From Penicillus capitatus (lineage: Eukaryota; Plantae; Chlorophyta), in NCBI GenBank assembly GCA_965649825.1, contig OZ287696.1, forward strand, positions 291,101 through 355,100: a stretch of 64,000 bases of DNA. The letters are read 5' to 3'. Below, in pieces: positions 36,175-50,161 of this stretch. Positions within the stretch are counted from its first letter, which is position 1. The number at the start of each line of letters is the position of its first letter. Position numbers and translations under genes: made by a program. The notes below the pieces were generated by a model. The model was not told the DNA's origin, did not search any database, and saw only the letters and a program-made list of their open reading frames with translations.

Positions 36175-39100
36175 TCCAGAAGACAGCTGGTGATGGCCGC
36201 CGCCAATAGTCGCTCCACAATCTGGGCATCGACTTTGTTCCATTGCTCCGCCACATTCGCCAATGATATACCAATGACCGTTGGGGCATCGATACAAATG
36301 GCCACGAGTTTGATTCACACTTATACGTGGATCAACAGCAACAACTGTCCGCAGAAGTCTAATCTGATCTTCGATGGGAAGTCGATCAAAACGCTGCTTC
36401 AAAACTTGCAACTCGGATTGCTGCCTTCTTATCTTCTCTCTCTGCACGGGCCACAGTATCGTTAGAAGAAGCGCTGGAGGTTGTACACATTCGTGCTATA
36501 CCCACCTCAGCAGGAGTTCTGCAAACCTCCAGTGCCCTTGATATTCCCTCCTCAATGTTCCGCAGAATTGTGCTTTGGAATTCTTTGACTTTGTCACAGT
36601 GAAAGGGAGAATCTGTCGTTAAGGCATTAGCCAGCATACAACTCGCCGCTGTTGTGACAAATTTCAGCATCTCCAGATAGACTTGGGCAGAATCTGTAAA
36701 TGCATCTGTCATCCTCTTGTTGCTCAACGACTCCTGCGCAGCTTTGATCAGGTTTTTTGCATCCAAATCAACCTTTCGGATCATCGCAAGACCGTTGTTA
36801 ACAATTGACCGATATGATTCAACCTACCAAGAAACAACATACATGCACAAAAGACAGTATATAAGCGATCTATACCGCTTGTCGAGAAAAAGCAGAGTTC
36901 ACGTTTCTGTGAACTTCCAGAGTTCTAATGGCGTAATGCTGACATTGAAACCAGAGTCTTCGACAGTAGACGACTCCAATATAAGACCTGCACGGTGTTT
37001 GGCATGATGGCATATATACAGAAATGACAGAAATTACGCGCAGGCTCTAGACGGATCAGGTTTTGGAACTGTCAGACGACTGAGTTCCATTTCAATCTCT
37101 TCTTGTGACAATTTCTCTTCCTTCGCCTTTCCGAGTATCGCAGAACGAATCTTCTTGTAGATATCAATCGACGGGGTGCTACAACACAACAATGCGCCGC
37201 CTGAAATATCGAGCATGGAATACCGCTGACACATGGCAATGAGTTCCTGATAGTCTCTTGCTCCAGCCATGACCTTTTTCTCAATGTTCTTAAGATTTTG
37301 TATTATTGACAGATTCTGATTCTTATCCGACACATGGGGTTCCGTATCTTTAAGCTGCTGCGCAACTTGTGCGATTTCAGAATTCAGTCGAGCTTGACTT
37401 CGAGAGAACTGCTCGTAAAAAACTCTTTCCATGAGATCGATAGCAGTCTTGTTGATGATGCGCCCGTATCGACGAACAAGTACAATGGGCTTTCTACACA
37501 ACATGCATGTCTTTCTGTTTTCAAACTCAAGCAGTCGCTCTCCAAAGATCGGACTCCTCCATCTGCAACGCGTATTCTGAAATCAGTGCGTCAGAAGGAA
37601 AACTACCTTCCGAATCTGTCTTGCCGGTAGAATTCTGCGATGCCCATGTGGCCGTCGAGCGTGGACGTCAGGAATGCATGTCCGCAGCTGAGCACGATCA
37701 ATGGGTCCTGCGTGAGTTCCTCGTCTGTGAGCTCCCCGTATTTTCGGAACATGATCATGTCCACATCCTTGAAGGCATGACACGATACACAAAACTGTCC
37801 ACATTTGAAGGGCGACTGACCATATTCTTGACTCTGGGGCCAGCATGCACAAGACAGAATTCGGGTGAAGGGCATTCCTCTCCGCAAAGAGATGGACAGC
37901 GACAGCCACATGCAAGTATCTTGTTGCAACGTTGATCGCAAGGAAGTCGGTTGCATGGCGCTCCACATGGCAGATCGCATTCGCCTTCATGCTCGCATTC
38001 CCACGAGCACGGCTCGGCGCATGAGACGCAAGGTTCTGAACATGTCTTGTCACAGCCACGTCTGCGATGCTCGCAGACCACTGAGCATTTCTCCTTGCAT
38101 GGTCCGCAGTCTTGACGGTCTACAGGCGGTATTGAGAGTGGATAGTCGAGCTCAGCAATCTCACCTGGGTGACACTTCTCTCTGCATTCGTGTCCACATA
38201 GAAGTTTCTTGCCGCACAGGGATTGACACCTTCCATGTTCGATCAAGTGAGCATTTGAGTCTGACAGTACAAAATCCGGATTCTTCTTGAGTGTTCGGTC
38301 GAGGCATCCGCCACACTTCCTTTCGCATACGTGGCCGCAACCTTCCATTACGCGGTGGCATCGTTCAGTACATCGAGTTGGGTTATCCAGGAATGTGGCC
38401 TCTTGGTGACACGGCACCATGATCTCATGTCCGCACATCGGCATGCGAACATGGATTTGCTCGGTGCAGTTCTTGGGGTCCTTGCGGAAATTCTCTGCCC
38501 AAGAGCATCTCACATGATAACTGTGGCCATGACGGCACCCCTCCACGCCAACATCAACGTACTCATCGCAGAGAATTCCATTCGGATTGGCCGTTCTGCC
38601 AGAGACACGCTGTCACTAGAGGAAACTGGATCGCTGACGTACTCGAAGCATGGAACATTGGTCTTGACATGACCGCAGGGTAGCTCGATGCTGACGGGGA
38701 TGGCACAGTCGTTCTCCTTGTGGTCCCGGTTCGTCATATGACACCGTCTGCCAAAAAGACAGGCAATCGAGAAAGATCCCGCGTCATTAGCCGATATACC
38801 GTCTGCAGATATGACCACACGGCAACTGCCGGCCGCACGGTTCCTGGCAACCCCCGTCCCCGACGAGGAGATCGAAATGCCTCCAATCTGAGATCTCCGT
38901 TATGTTCTCCGGATGGTTATGGCATTGCAACTGAAACATGAGTACGATAGGACGCATCATCGACAAAACAGTCAGACTACCTTCAACTCGGTTCCGACGC
39001 AACCCTCGTCTCTCATCAGACGCAAGACGTCCCTCCATACTGTGTTCTTGCTGTAGGCTTCCAGGGATTCACTGTTTCCCAGAATATACATTCCTTCCTT

Positions 39101-42100
39101 TGCTCTCGAGAGCATGACGTTGATCCGGTTCTTGATTCCGACGAACCCGATATGTCCTTGTTTTTGATTCCGGACGAGGGACAATATGACGATCTTTGCC
39201 TCTTCTCCCTGAGATCCGAATGAGCCTTGTTCAGTCTCATGATGGATGACAGGCAGCTTACTTGAAAGTTGTCAATAGTTGCCAGACGCACACATGACTG
39301 CACAGAACGATTTGCATGCTTTGGCTCATTCGTCGCGTTCTGACTTCGACGACCACGATCTTCGCTGGACCCTTCTCCCGGAGTCTCTGGATCACCTAGA
39401 AGAACAAGAAGCCGACATGCGAACCTGATACAACAGAATGATGGATTCACCAGTTTCTCCATAGTCGGCTAGGAGTTCCTCATCTTTTGCATCGATTCGC
39501 ATTCGAAGGGAAACGCCTGTGTGCTTGCGGAGCTGCAGAAGCTGCCCTACGTATGGCGTCACGATGGCGATGTCATCTAAAGACAAAGTCAATCACAGAA
39601 TCGTCATGCAGGAAACACACCTGGTTTGAAGCATCCCTGCTTCAACAAGTAAATGGCGAGGTGGATAGCAAACTTTGCTTCGAAGACGTTACTCTTTGAC
39701 TTGGCATCAGCCATGCCTCCTTCTGGATGGTCATGATCGAAGAAGAACAATGCCTTTTCCATTCCAGGAACGGCTGATGGATACTGAGTCACAGAAACGT
39801 GATCTTTCAGATCAGGGTATATCGTCGAACGGATGAGCCTAAGATGACAACATCATCCGGAGACAACAGCATTTGAAAGAGGACCTTGAGAATGAAGGAC
39901 GCATTCTTCGCTGGCTGCTCAGTGTGACGTGGCTAACACTGTTCTCGGTGATGAGTCTCTCAAAGAGGGAGACATCGAGATTGAATCCTGACTCCGAATG
40001 AACTTGCAGCAAGAAGTTATCCACTTTCGGGCGAAGTTGTTCATGGTCTCCAATCATAATCAGCTGCTGAGTGCTTGAGGAGAGCGATGTCAGGACATGG
40101 GCTTCCAGAACTTCAGCTGCCTCTTCGAGAATCACGATCTTCGGTCGGAGGCCAGCCAGGAGTTTTTGATGCATTGCCACATACGTCGTTGTCATCCCTA
40201 CTACGGACGCTGATCTCAAACACTCCAGATCAGAATATCTCTTTAATTCTGCAAACTCCTCCATGTATCGTCTGTATTCTCCCATTAATCTTTGAATGGT
40301 GTTGACAGCTGCTGTTCTCGCCTCTTGAGCCCAGTACTCGTACAGTGTCCTGTGTTCTCGGGGTGAGATGGCATTGAAGTCTTCCATTTGCAGCAATGCC
40401 TCCACGGGAAGAACATTATAGTGCGCGGCATTCTGCGTTTCGACATCGCTACAATTGGAATACATACGGCACCAAGATGTCCATGCCGACGGAAGGGTCT
40501 CCGGTTCATCGTCACCATCGCTGATGGAACTGCCGCTTGCAAGGAAATCAATAAACTGCGGACAGTGTGCCAAAATGATATCCTTGACCTGGTGCCATTT
40601 AAGCAAGCTAAATGGTCGCAAATCTTAGAGGTGTCAAAACGATAGGCGAGATGATGTACCTTTGGCTGGATTTTTTGAGACAGGAATCCATGCTTTGTAT
40701 TCTCTTTTCGAGCTCTGGCATCTTTTTCGTCAACAGCTCAAAGCCTCTGGATCCGGTACCGCGTTTTTGTTTGTTCTTGAGATTGTACGGTCCCATTTCT
40801 TCGCATCGACTGCTTCCTCCAAGGCGAACGATGTTATCAATGCCAGCATGAATCAAACCAAGCAAGAACTGATCCAGCGCATGATTTGTGAAGCAAACGC
40901 ATAGGATCGGACTGACAGAATCGCCCGGCTTTCTAACTACTGGAGGGCGGTTGACAGGAATGCGGCGATTGGCGTCTTCAAAGGTGAGAAGAGCACGAAC
41001 GATCTGTATTCCGACATACGTCTTTCCTGTTGTTAGCAAATGTCTGACCTCAACATGCATGAAATAAACAAGCAAACGCACCTGTTCCTGGAGGGCCCTG
41101 AATCAAAGCGACCTCCTGTGTGAGCGCCGCTTTCAATGCTTCTGCCTGACATTTGTCAAGGGTGGTCCGCCTAAGGACTTCTTCCAGTGGAAAATGATCA
41201 GGATGGGCCGCATTGAACTTTGTCATCCTGCGACAAATGTCCATTTTCGCTCGTCAAAAGTGTAAGTGATAGAAATACCACGATCGGGAAGTGCGTCCGC
41301 CCCGATCCAGGAATTTCAGATCGAAACTGCCTCCACTCTCTGCATATTCGGGTATGGCTACTATCCGTCTGCCCGTGATTCGCTGCTGTTCAGAATACAA
41401 TATCGTCGATGGTCTGCCTTTGTATGGATGCATCACCTGTGGAGGCTGAGCTATGATGTGAGCAAGAGGAATAGGAGCCGTCTTCAGGGCGTTCAAGATT
41501 GGCTCGAATGCGAAGAAGCTTGGACCTGCTTGCAACATCACCACTTCTGAGACCTGTAGCTCTTCTTCTTCCTTGAGTAAGAGAGTAATGAGTTTCTCAT
41601 TGTAAGGCTGCGGGATCGATCTGAAGACATCTCCTTACGAAATTAGGGCCAGTGAATGACGAACCTGACTCCAAGACTTGGACGAGATTGCGCTAAATCG
41701 TCTGCATCACGTTCGCCGATAACTCCAAAGACGATACTGGGACGAGGTGTATTTTCTGGAAGCCAATACAAGCAGATCAGTGAACCATGAGACAATCGTC
41801 TTGTTTTCTTCCAGAAAGCCAATTTATCTCGTTTTGCCGATTCCTTGACGACATCCGGTTCATCGCATTCAATCTGTTGACGTATTGAAAAACGATCCGA
41901 GTGTTAATGAAACGATAGATGCACCTTATAATAGACTCCGGAGTGCCGGTTCGCGTCCATCGAAACGACGCGTGCATGTCTGTAAATGTCCATGACAACG
42001 TCCCTGGACTCAAAGCCTTCAGCAACTGTCTTTTTTTGACGATCCTGTCATCCGAATGCTGTCAAGAAGGCAACATTCAATTGGCAGCTTAGCGTCACCA

Positions 42101-43736
42101 GCTTTTTGAGAGTTTTGATTCCTCCATTCTCCATGAAAGTGCGAATTGCGGTTTGAATATCTGAAACCAAATTGTGACGTAGTAAGCGGAAGTGCAGGTC
42201 CCGGTGGGCTGCCACACTACCAGGAGGCATATGTACAACAGATCCAGCCCTGTGATTGTGTGACATTCACTTTTTCCAAAAAAGAATGACATACTTGTTT
42301 GGTGGCAGATACGGGGGAGTATCGCACAGGACTTCTTCTTCGGTCGGGGCAATCTGAATTCGTGCAATGTCTTCGTGGTCGTTGTCATGCCTTGGTCCTT
42401 GAGGATGCAATGAACCTGATAACAGCACTTACTTGATTCACACGTGCAGATGATTCATCTTACCAGGCGGTTGAGCGTAGAGAAGGGTTTTTGTTTTCGT
42501 CGTGGGTTTTTGTGTGGGACGACGGGTCTTTTCAAGCTGCTTTGCTATCTTGTCACTCATCTCATTTCTCCCTGTCTTTTGTTTTAAGAGACTAATTCAA
42601 ATACGACATCAGCAGGAAATTTAAGAGGCTGAATGCTTGCTTCGAAAACTCGGAGATGTGTTGTGCAAACAGTCGATGTTGTCTGTCGGAATGAGAAAAA
42701 TCGATGGGCACACGACGCATCATTCTCTCGACATACGGATAGACGTCCGTAATATCTCGGAGAAAGCGATCATCAAATCTTCGCAGGAGCTCCAGCAAGA
42801 ACAGCACAAATGGATGTACGATTTCCATCCAATTGTCAATTTCTGGGCCAGAGCTTTGCTGGGTCGATGAGTTTGATGAGAAGCTCAGGAAGGAAAGAAG
42901 AGATCCCAAGCCGCTTCTCGGTTCTTCGACAGGCAGGAGTTCTTCCAGAACTGGATGTAGCTCTGCCCACTGAAAAGATTGCCCCAGGGCCTGCAGAAAT
43001 GTGTTCGCACAATTCTGCAGCGCTGCTGTCAAAATCAAAGGAGATGTAGCCAGCTTCAAAAAGGGAACAAAAGTGCGAAGAAAAGACACCTGGTACAACA
43101 ACTCATCGTCAACCAGAATGCGTACGACAGCTGCAGACTTGTCCATTCGTTGTGGCTTGTCGAAGCACAAATCGCTTCGGTCTGCCAAACAGGTTGCGCA
43201 GAATCTCGACGCCGGTCGCACAACCGAGTGTCTCTAGAACCGAACATTCTCCTGATCCGTCGTTGCTTCTGAGGCAGCGCTCCGTGCATTGAATAAACAT
43301 TTCGACTTGCCTCGTCGATACATTCTCCATCCGCTTACCAACCAGTATGCTGCCGAAAGGCTTTTTAGCATTGAGACGGCCCTTTGCGAGCTTACGTGAA
43401 TACGGCGAGATGGTCCGTTTCGTCGTTGACGGATCCGCTCAGGACTTCAGCTTCACGGGCGTGTAAGAAGCGGCAGTTGTCGCCGTAATCACATCTCCCC
43501 GTTCTGCTGTAGAACTTGCAAATTTCCTTTTTGTGAGACCGCCTATTCTCATTGGCATCTTTTTTTGCTCTCTCCACTTTTTCCGGATCCGAAGTGTCGT
43601 GCGAGAATTTGCACGACGCGCCAAACTTGCACGTTCCTGTTCTTGCGAAGTGAGGACATAAACGGCGCGTGGATGTTCCTTAAAAGAGAAAAACTACACA
43701 ACTTCGACAAACACGAGGTTTACCTCTTTGAGACAT
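36121..43736 (-). CDS. ZNFX1: ZNFX1-like protein A: 2xCCCH, UPF1/NAM7-type SF1 helicase, NF-X1 zinc fingers, RING-like segment, RZ finger
   Basis: CPHFARTGTCKFGASCKFSH and CKFYSRTGRCDYGDNCRFLH. QGPPGTG|KTYVG, CFTNHALDQFL, ILEEAAEVLEAH, IGDHEQLRP, QRRMRP, TIDNFQ|GEE and NRINVMLSRAK. C-x-H-x-C NF-X1 repeats, LSCGH...CMLCRKPI, and HLYRCPNGHWYIIGECG..CPDCGATIGG. Confidence 0.93.
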
Positions 43737-43974
43737 GTCCGAGACGGCGGATGTCCCCAACGGAAGAAGCTGTAATGGCTTGAAAGAAGCTAGCTGTCTG
43801 GTTTTGTCGTCGAACACCGAGGTCAGGTTTATGAAACAACCAAAGCGAGGTTATAAGAAGCACGCGTAGATCTTCAATTTCCTTTGTGCCTTTGTCACAT
43901 CCGTCGTGCGCAGATGCCATTGCATGCGTGTTGAGCACGGCGTCATGTCAATCTTCGCCTTTTAGATATCATCA

Positions 43975-44052
43975 AACGTGTCCTTCCCAACAGCGTCACA
44001 TCCACCCTAGCCGCCGTAGTACAAATGTCTCGTCGGACATTACAGAAACTGC
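43975..44052. repeat. 78-bp dispersed noncoding element, copy 1
   Basis: 72/78 identical to 60784-60861, in the same orientation. Confidence 0.93.
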
Positions 44053-44080
44053 GTCTCGCCGTCGAACAACGTGATCAACA

Positions 44081-47000
44081 ATGTCAAACGTATCAAACGT
44101 AACAGACACGCACAACGACGAAGCTGCCTTCTCCCACAATCACATGGAGCTCACCACAGAGTTCGATCCGGAAAAGCTCGAGAATGTTCGCAAGTGGGTC
44201 AAAGCACAGACGATCGCCAGTCCACCTTCGACAAATGTCAAGAGCAACATTCTGTCTCTCGACGACTGTCAACGTTCTGCCTCTCAATCTTCGGCATCGC
44301 GTTCGAATTTCGAGTCAGAGAGCGAGAGACAACGGAGCAAAGGGACCGAATCCGAATTCACGAAGATGTCCAGCTCCGGTCAGAACTCGGAAAAAACTGG
44401 AGGGACAACGAGTTCCGATCAAAGCTCTTCGTCGTCGTTCGATTTCGAGAAGTTCTCAGAAGAGGATCGCGACAGCCGCAGTGCCTCTTCGCCGACCTCT
44501 TTCGTCTCCGCTGAAGAGCCGCATCAGGAAAAATCGCTCGTCCCCTGTTCTCTGTCCTACAAATCTGACAACTCTTCGCGTCGCTCTGCCGTTTCCGACT
44601 CCTTGTCGCAGCTGAATGGTCGCTTAGTCGACATGGGGTATGGTCCCATGGACTTGGATACGTCAACAGGTCAGCTGCCTGCCGTTCGTTTCTGTGAACA
44701 CAAGTGTTGAATTTCGCGCAGTTGAATCTGTCGGAAAGAAGCTTCGCGTTGTCCTGATGGACGTATGGCAGAAGAGTGAGACGTCGCGTCTGTTAATGGA
44801 ACAGACGAACAGATGGAAGACGGAAGAGCGAGCGCTAACAGCCAAGATCAGGTGTGTCGGCAGGGACACGACCCTTTGCGAACGCCCAGAGCCTTTCAGG
44901 TCTCTCGAGACGAAGCTGACCGAAAACGAGTCCGCTGGACGCACTGCCGAGCAGATGCGTCTCAAGGAAAGGCAGAATGCCGACCGCACCATGAACAGCC
45001 TGCAAGAGGCAAAGAAGACACTCGAGACGGAAAACAGCAAACTGAACCACGCATGCGCTTTGCTGAAACGCAAGCAGAGGTACGGTTGCGGAGACTGGAT
45101 TTGTGGCCGCAGAGGCGGCGGGTCTCCGTTTAGCGAAATGCATCGGCTGCTCGAGGAGGCGAAAAAGGAGGCCGGCGACAAGGCGAATGAGATAGAGACG
45201 CTTAGAGCGCGCTCAAGGGAACTGGTCGATCAAGAGAGGCACCACGACCGAAAACGCGACGAGATGCAGAGACACTCCAAGGCACTTGAGAACAAACTGA
45301 GGTCTGTCCTTGTGCCTCTGGCGAGATTTGAGATTCCATTCTACCGAACATCAGGTTAAGGGACAGCGAGCTGTCGAAACTGAGAATGCAACACGAGAGT
45401 TCATCGAAAGAGCAGGAGGTTCTCAAACGAAGGCTCGCCGAATGCGAAAAGGCGCTCAGAGAACAGGAACGGGAGAACCTGACTCTCAAGCAAACGCTTC
45501 AGTCAGACGTTCGATCACAGAATGCCGAAAAGGCATTGACCGCGGCAACAGATGAAATCAAGGCGCTCAAGGCACCTTCTCGAACGCCGCCTATCGGAAC
45601 GCATCTGCGATGGTCTGGTAGGAGAACCTGTCAATGGAGAGGAGCAAAAGGAACTCGCTGGATCACAAATGCGAGAAGCTGGCGATGGATCTCAAGAGGA
45701 ACCAGCAACAAGCGAAGGAGCGCGAGTCGAAATGTCAAGATCAAGAGCATAAGGCGCGACATTCCTGCAACAGAACGGTCCTGAGCTGTTTGTTCTCGGC
45801 AGATCTATGAGTTGGAGATCGAGGTCAAGAGACAAAAGCTGGCAGAGACAGCGAGCACTGTGCGCGCCGCGGACAACGAAAAATCACAGAGAATGCAGGA
45901 GCTGAGAAAGCAAGTCGCCAGAGTCGAATCTGAGAAGAGAGAACTGCAGCAATCCGTTCACGGCCTGTCGCAGAAATGCAACTTCCTGCAGAAGGAGACG
46001 CTTCAGTTGGACACCAAAAGATTTCAAGCCGAGAAGAGAGTCCAGGAGTGCACATCCGAGATTACGCGTCTCTCCGACGATCTCGCCGACAAGGGCTATG
46101 GGCTCAAGTCCGATTCCCCGCCGTGCTCCGTTCTTCCTGCGGTGATACTTGCTGCTCAGGGAGACGGCCAACAGGCTTTCGGAGACAGAGAAGTCGTTGG
46201 CGAGCAGCGAGAGGCAGATGCTTGTACAGTCGGAGGACATGAAAGGGACGGCGATAGCAAACAGCACTCTCCAAAGGGCGAACGCCAACTTGGTGACGGG
46301 AAAGATCTTCCTGGAGCACCGAGTGACGGAGTTGGAAGCGACATGCCAGAGACTCCGAGAGAAACTGCGCGAGAAAGTCTCCAAAGAAGAGAAGAGTATA
46401 GGGCGCGAGAGAGATACCTACCGCAGACTCAAGCACCGAGCACAGACGGAGAACTGTGGGACGGCTGTGCAGACGGGCCAGTAACGAGACGCGTGTGGGT
46501 GCACTAGGTGGAAGGAGCGATCTACGTCGCGAAGATGTCTTTCGGTTCTGCGAGAAGAGGATTCAAGATCTCACGGAGGAGATCAAGTCTCTTCAAGAGA
46601 ACAACAAGAAATGCGAATTCCAGATGAAATCGCTCGAGAATGGGCTCGTCGAATATCGCAGAATGGAAGCAGCCCTGTCTCTGCCACCTGATAAGTTGAA
46701 AGTGAGGTTCCAACTGCTGAGGTCGAATCCTCGCGCGCTCGGTTTTCCCTGCAGAACCGTCTGAGATTGGCGGAGAAGAGCATTACAGAGCTGACGACGA
46801 AGTTGATGATGCATAGAGAAGGAAAGACAGGAGAGATGCAGCAGTTGAAGTCGGAGAAAGAGAACCTCGAGATGCGGCTTTCGGAGCACAAACAGACGAT
46901 ACACAGGCTGCAACAGAAGCTGCATCAGACGCCTCCCGAACTCGCCGCGGCGCAGAAACAAGTCAAATCGACCGGAGAATCCCATGTCACAAGATTGTCT

Positions 47001-47536
47001 ATCCAAGTTGTTTAGATCAAGGCGCTGCGCGACAAGGTCAAAACGCAGAGCCAGCGACATCCGGTGGCCCAGCATCAGCAGATCGGCCAATGGACGGGAA
47101 GTGCCATTCCGAAGACGGGCAGCTCCGTGGACAGAATTCCGAGACCGCAGATCGAGAAAATTCTGAAGGTCCGAAGGAGCACAACGCCGTGGAAGATTGA
47201 CACGTGCGACTGCAGAGTCTGTGTCTGGTGATGGAGATCGACGATCCCGCTCTGCTGGCCGGACGGGCTGCGAAGCTGCAGAAGATCGTCGCATCGCTTC
47301 CAAGGATCCAGAGATTCGTTTCGGAGGTCTGCGAGATCGTTCTGTGTCACGGCGCCGATCTCATCCCCTATCATCTCAAACCGCCTTCTTCCAAAAGTAC
47401 GCCATCGAAGCCTCACCTCCGTCACTGCCCATCGCAGGCACCGTTCATCAAGAAGATGTTTCGGTCTTGGTGCCGTCTATCCTTAAGTATTGGATCCATC
47501 AGTTTTCGTAATACGACCCACGCACAGCATCGTTAA
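44081..47536 (+). CDS. Large coiled-coil protein with Ser-rich N-terminus, multi-exon (family not identified)
   Basis: A chain of plus-strand ORFs rich in E/K/R/L/Q heptads (44081-44710, 44640-45359, 45386-45784, 45812-46507 etc.), ending KLQKIVASLPRIQRFVSEVCEIV. Confidence 0.7.
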
Positions 47537-47572
47537 ATTCTTGTCAGTCGGATCTCGACAGAGAAATCAGAT

Positions 47573-49989
47573 CTAGAGCGTCCTGTTGTCGAGATTCAGA
47601 GAATCCTTCTTTTCGAGAATCTCGGAAAGCTTTCTTTTCAGTTTCTCTTTTGTCTTGGTCTGTTCGTCTGAATCTTGTGATCCATCCGTGTTTGAACCGG
47701 ACATCTTGCTCGTTTCACGGTCGGAAAAACTCTCATCTCTGGAATCGCTGTCGGGCTTCTTTGCCTCCCTCTCTATGTCCGTGATCTTGGTGCCGCGATC
47801 GCGATGACCGTCTTTTGATAGATGTCTCCTAAACCGTGGCACGAAGATTGCGGAAGGGTGGAACAATGCTCCAAGGAAGTGACCTGTGTGTTCTCCTGTG
47901 GCCTTTCTCCGGACTTGCACTTCTGTAAACGCGATCTCTGTTTGCCGATGACCTCAGCGAGGGCATTGGATCTCTGTGTCTTCCTAAAGACCAACACGAC
48001 GTGCATTCATCCGCGCGCATTGTTTCATCGACAAACCTCTGCTGGACGGAAATCGGTCCCCGGGTGGCGATTGAGGAGATCTGTAGGCGTACCCGCGTCT
48101 GCCTCTCTGCCTGTCGTCGGAAGGAAATCGACGATCACTAGGAAATCTTACGTAGCCTCTCGAGTACTCATCTCTTCGTCTGCGCCCTTCCTCTGGGCGA
48201 TGCTTAGGACGATGAGGACCAGACATGCGGTGGCGACGGGCCGTTGGGGATGGAGTTCTTCTCGGGGGCCGCCGAGTCCTATCACAAAACGCATCATCTT
48301 CATCAGGAAAGGCGTACATACTACCGAACGGACGCACTCTGTCAGCAAAACATCAACGAACGTGTTCGCTCATTAATGTCGTACTCACCCTCTGGTTCTT
48401 CTCTCGGGCTCTATGTGGCGATTGTTGCGCACAGGTGGTGTGCGCGTCCTGGGAGTGGCCGGCTTGGGAATGGGAGATGTTGTGGATAGGGGTGCTCCCG
48501 GCGATGGACGCGTGGAGGGAGATGGCGTTCCCTCTCTGGGATCTGGTGTCGAACTCATACGGTTTCTCGAACGAGGTGACGGAGACTTCGTCGGTGGAGA
48601 TCGCGAGGACACGTGCGGTTCGATGCTACGAGACTTTCGATCGTGATGCTCTCGTCTCCTTGCCAGAGGCAGACTGGAGCAGGAGAGAGATAAGAAACTT
48701 CTGAGAGGAAACGCAAGTGGGAGACTTGTAAGGTCGCGGAGGTGGACTGCTGTGCCGCGACTGAGGCGGCGAGCGACTCAACGAGTGATCTACTGGCTTC
48801 ACTCTCCTGTCGCGCTCCTCTCTGCCAGAGCACAGAGTCACAGAGCGATCGTGCAGAAGGGTGAGCGTGTCGCACCTGTGTTTTCTCTCTTTGGATGGCC
48901 GGCGGCGATTCCCGTCCAGCTTTGGAGATCTAGAACGCCGTGCTCTGTTTCTTTCCCAACTGGGACTCCTGTCGGGGGATCTGGATCTTCGATGCGGTTT
49001 TCTCGACGGGCGGGATTTTACATCATGTCGTCTTCTTGGAGATCTGGACCGCGAGGCAGGACGTCCCTTTGGCGTTCTTCGACGTTTCTGTGGAGGAGAG
49101 TAGCTGCGATCGCGCCATCGATCTCTGCGCTGTCTTCTGACATGATCCGGTCCTCCGCTGAATCGACTTCCCTTCTCTCTAAACGGTGGAAGTGGCCCTC
49201 TTTGAGGCATGGGCTCCGTTCTGGGAGGCGGCACCCATCTCTTGTTCTTGTCCTTCTTTAGCTGAGGTTCCTTCTGGGCGTCCTCTTTGGCGTCCAGTTC
49301 CGCTGACTCCATTTCGAGTTTTGCTTTCTTTCTCTGTTCCTCTATCGACTCCTGAACAGAAGGGCGTGAGAAGATGACGTGACGAAACGGCGAGAGACAA
49401 TGATGGTCGACTGCTGTTCTATCTTTTGGCGCACTTCCTCGGCTTTGGCGTCCAAAATCTGTTGTGGAATTCCGGTCTCGTTGGCTGCTGCGCTTGCGAG
49501 CAGAGTCCATAGCTCCTGCAGCCTCGCCCACGTGTATCATTTTTGCTCGTGCATTTCGAGCCTCACTTTCATGAAGAGTCCAGTGTTCTTCTCCAAAAAT
49601 GGCATCAGCTCTAGATACAACTCCTTCGGATTGAGGTCCTGGCAGAACAGGGCAGAATGAGGGGTGTAAAGGGAGTGACACGTTTGTTGGTACGTGCAGT
49701 TCTTCGAGTCTGTTGTGGATGAACTGAATCAGCACCTCGTCCTCGACTCCGAGAAGCTCCGTCACACGTTTCGCCGTCCACTCTCGAATCACCGCCCAAT
49801 TCACACGCGCGTAATCGACGACGACGTCCAGCTCCTTCGGAAATTTCTTCGTCTTGAGCATTCGCTTTTGCTTACTGCCAGACAAAACGGCCCGGCGATG
49901 AGAGCGCTGTGTGGGATACGCGAGTCACACTTGACGAAGCGCGCATCTTGACTCGCCGAGACACCGCGGAAGCCGCCAATGCCCGACAT
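47573..49989 (-). CDS. SRRM1: PWI-domain Ser/Arg-rich splicing coactivator (SRm160/SRRM1-like)
   Basis: MSGIGGFRGVSASQDARF.NKQKRML, REWTAKRVTELLGVEDEVLIQFI, LMPFLEKNTGLFMK|ELWTLL, and a long RS-rich tail. Confidence 0.9.
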
Positions 49990-50161
49990 CGATGTCGTTA
50001 ATGCACCCGAACAGAAGTTCCAAAGCTTAAATGCTCTGACGCGACGCACTGTTACGCGCTTTTACGACTCCCACTGTCGTCACTGGTAGAAGTCGTCGAC
50101 CAACACCAAAAACCTCGACGCCTTCTCGAAAGCCGAGCCTTTCGCGTCTCTTATCGCCTGG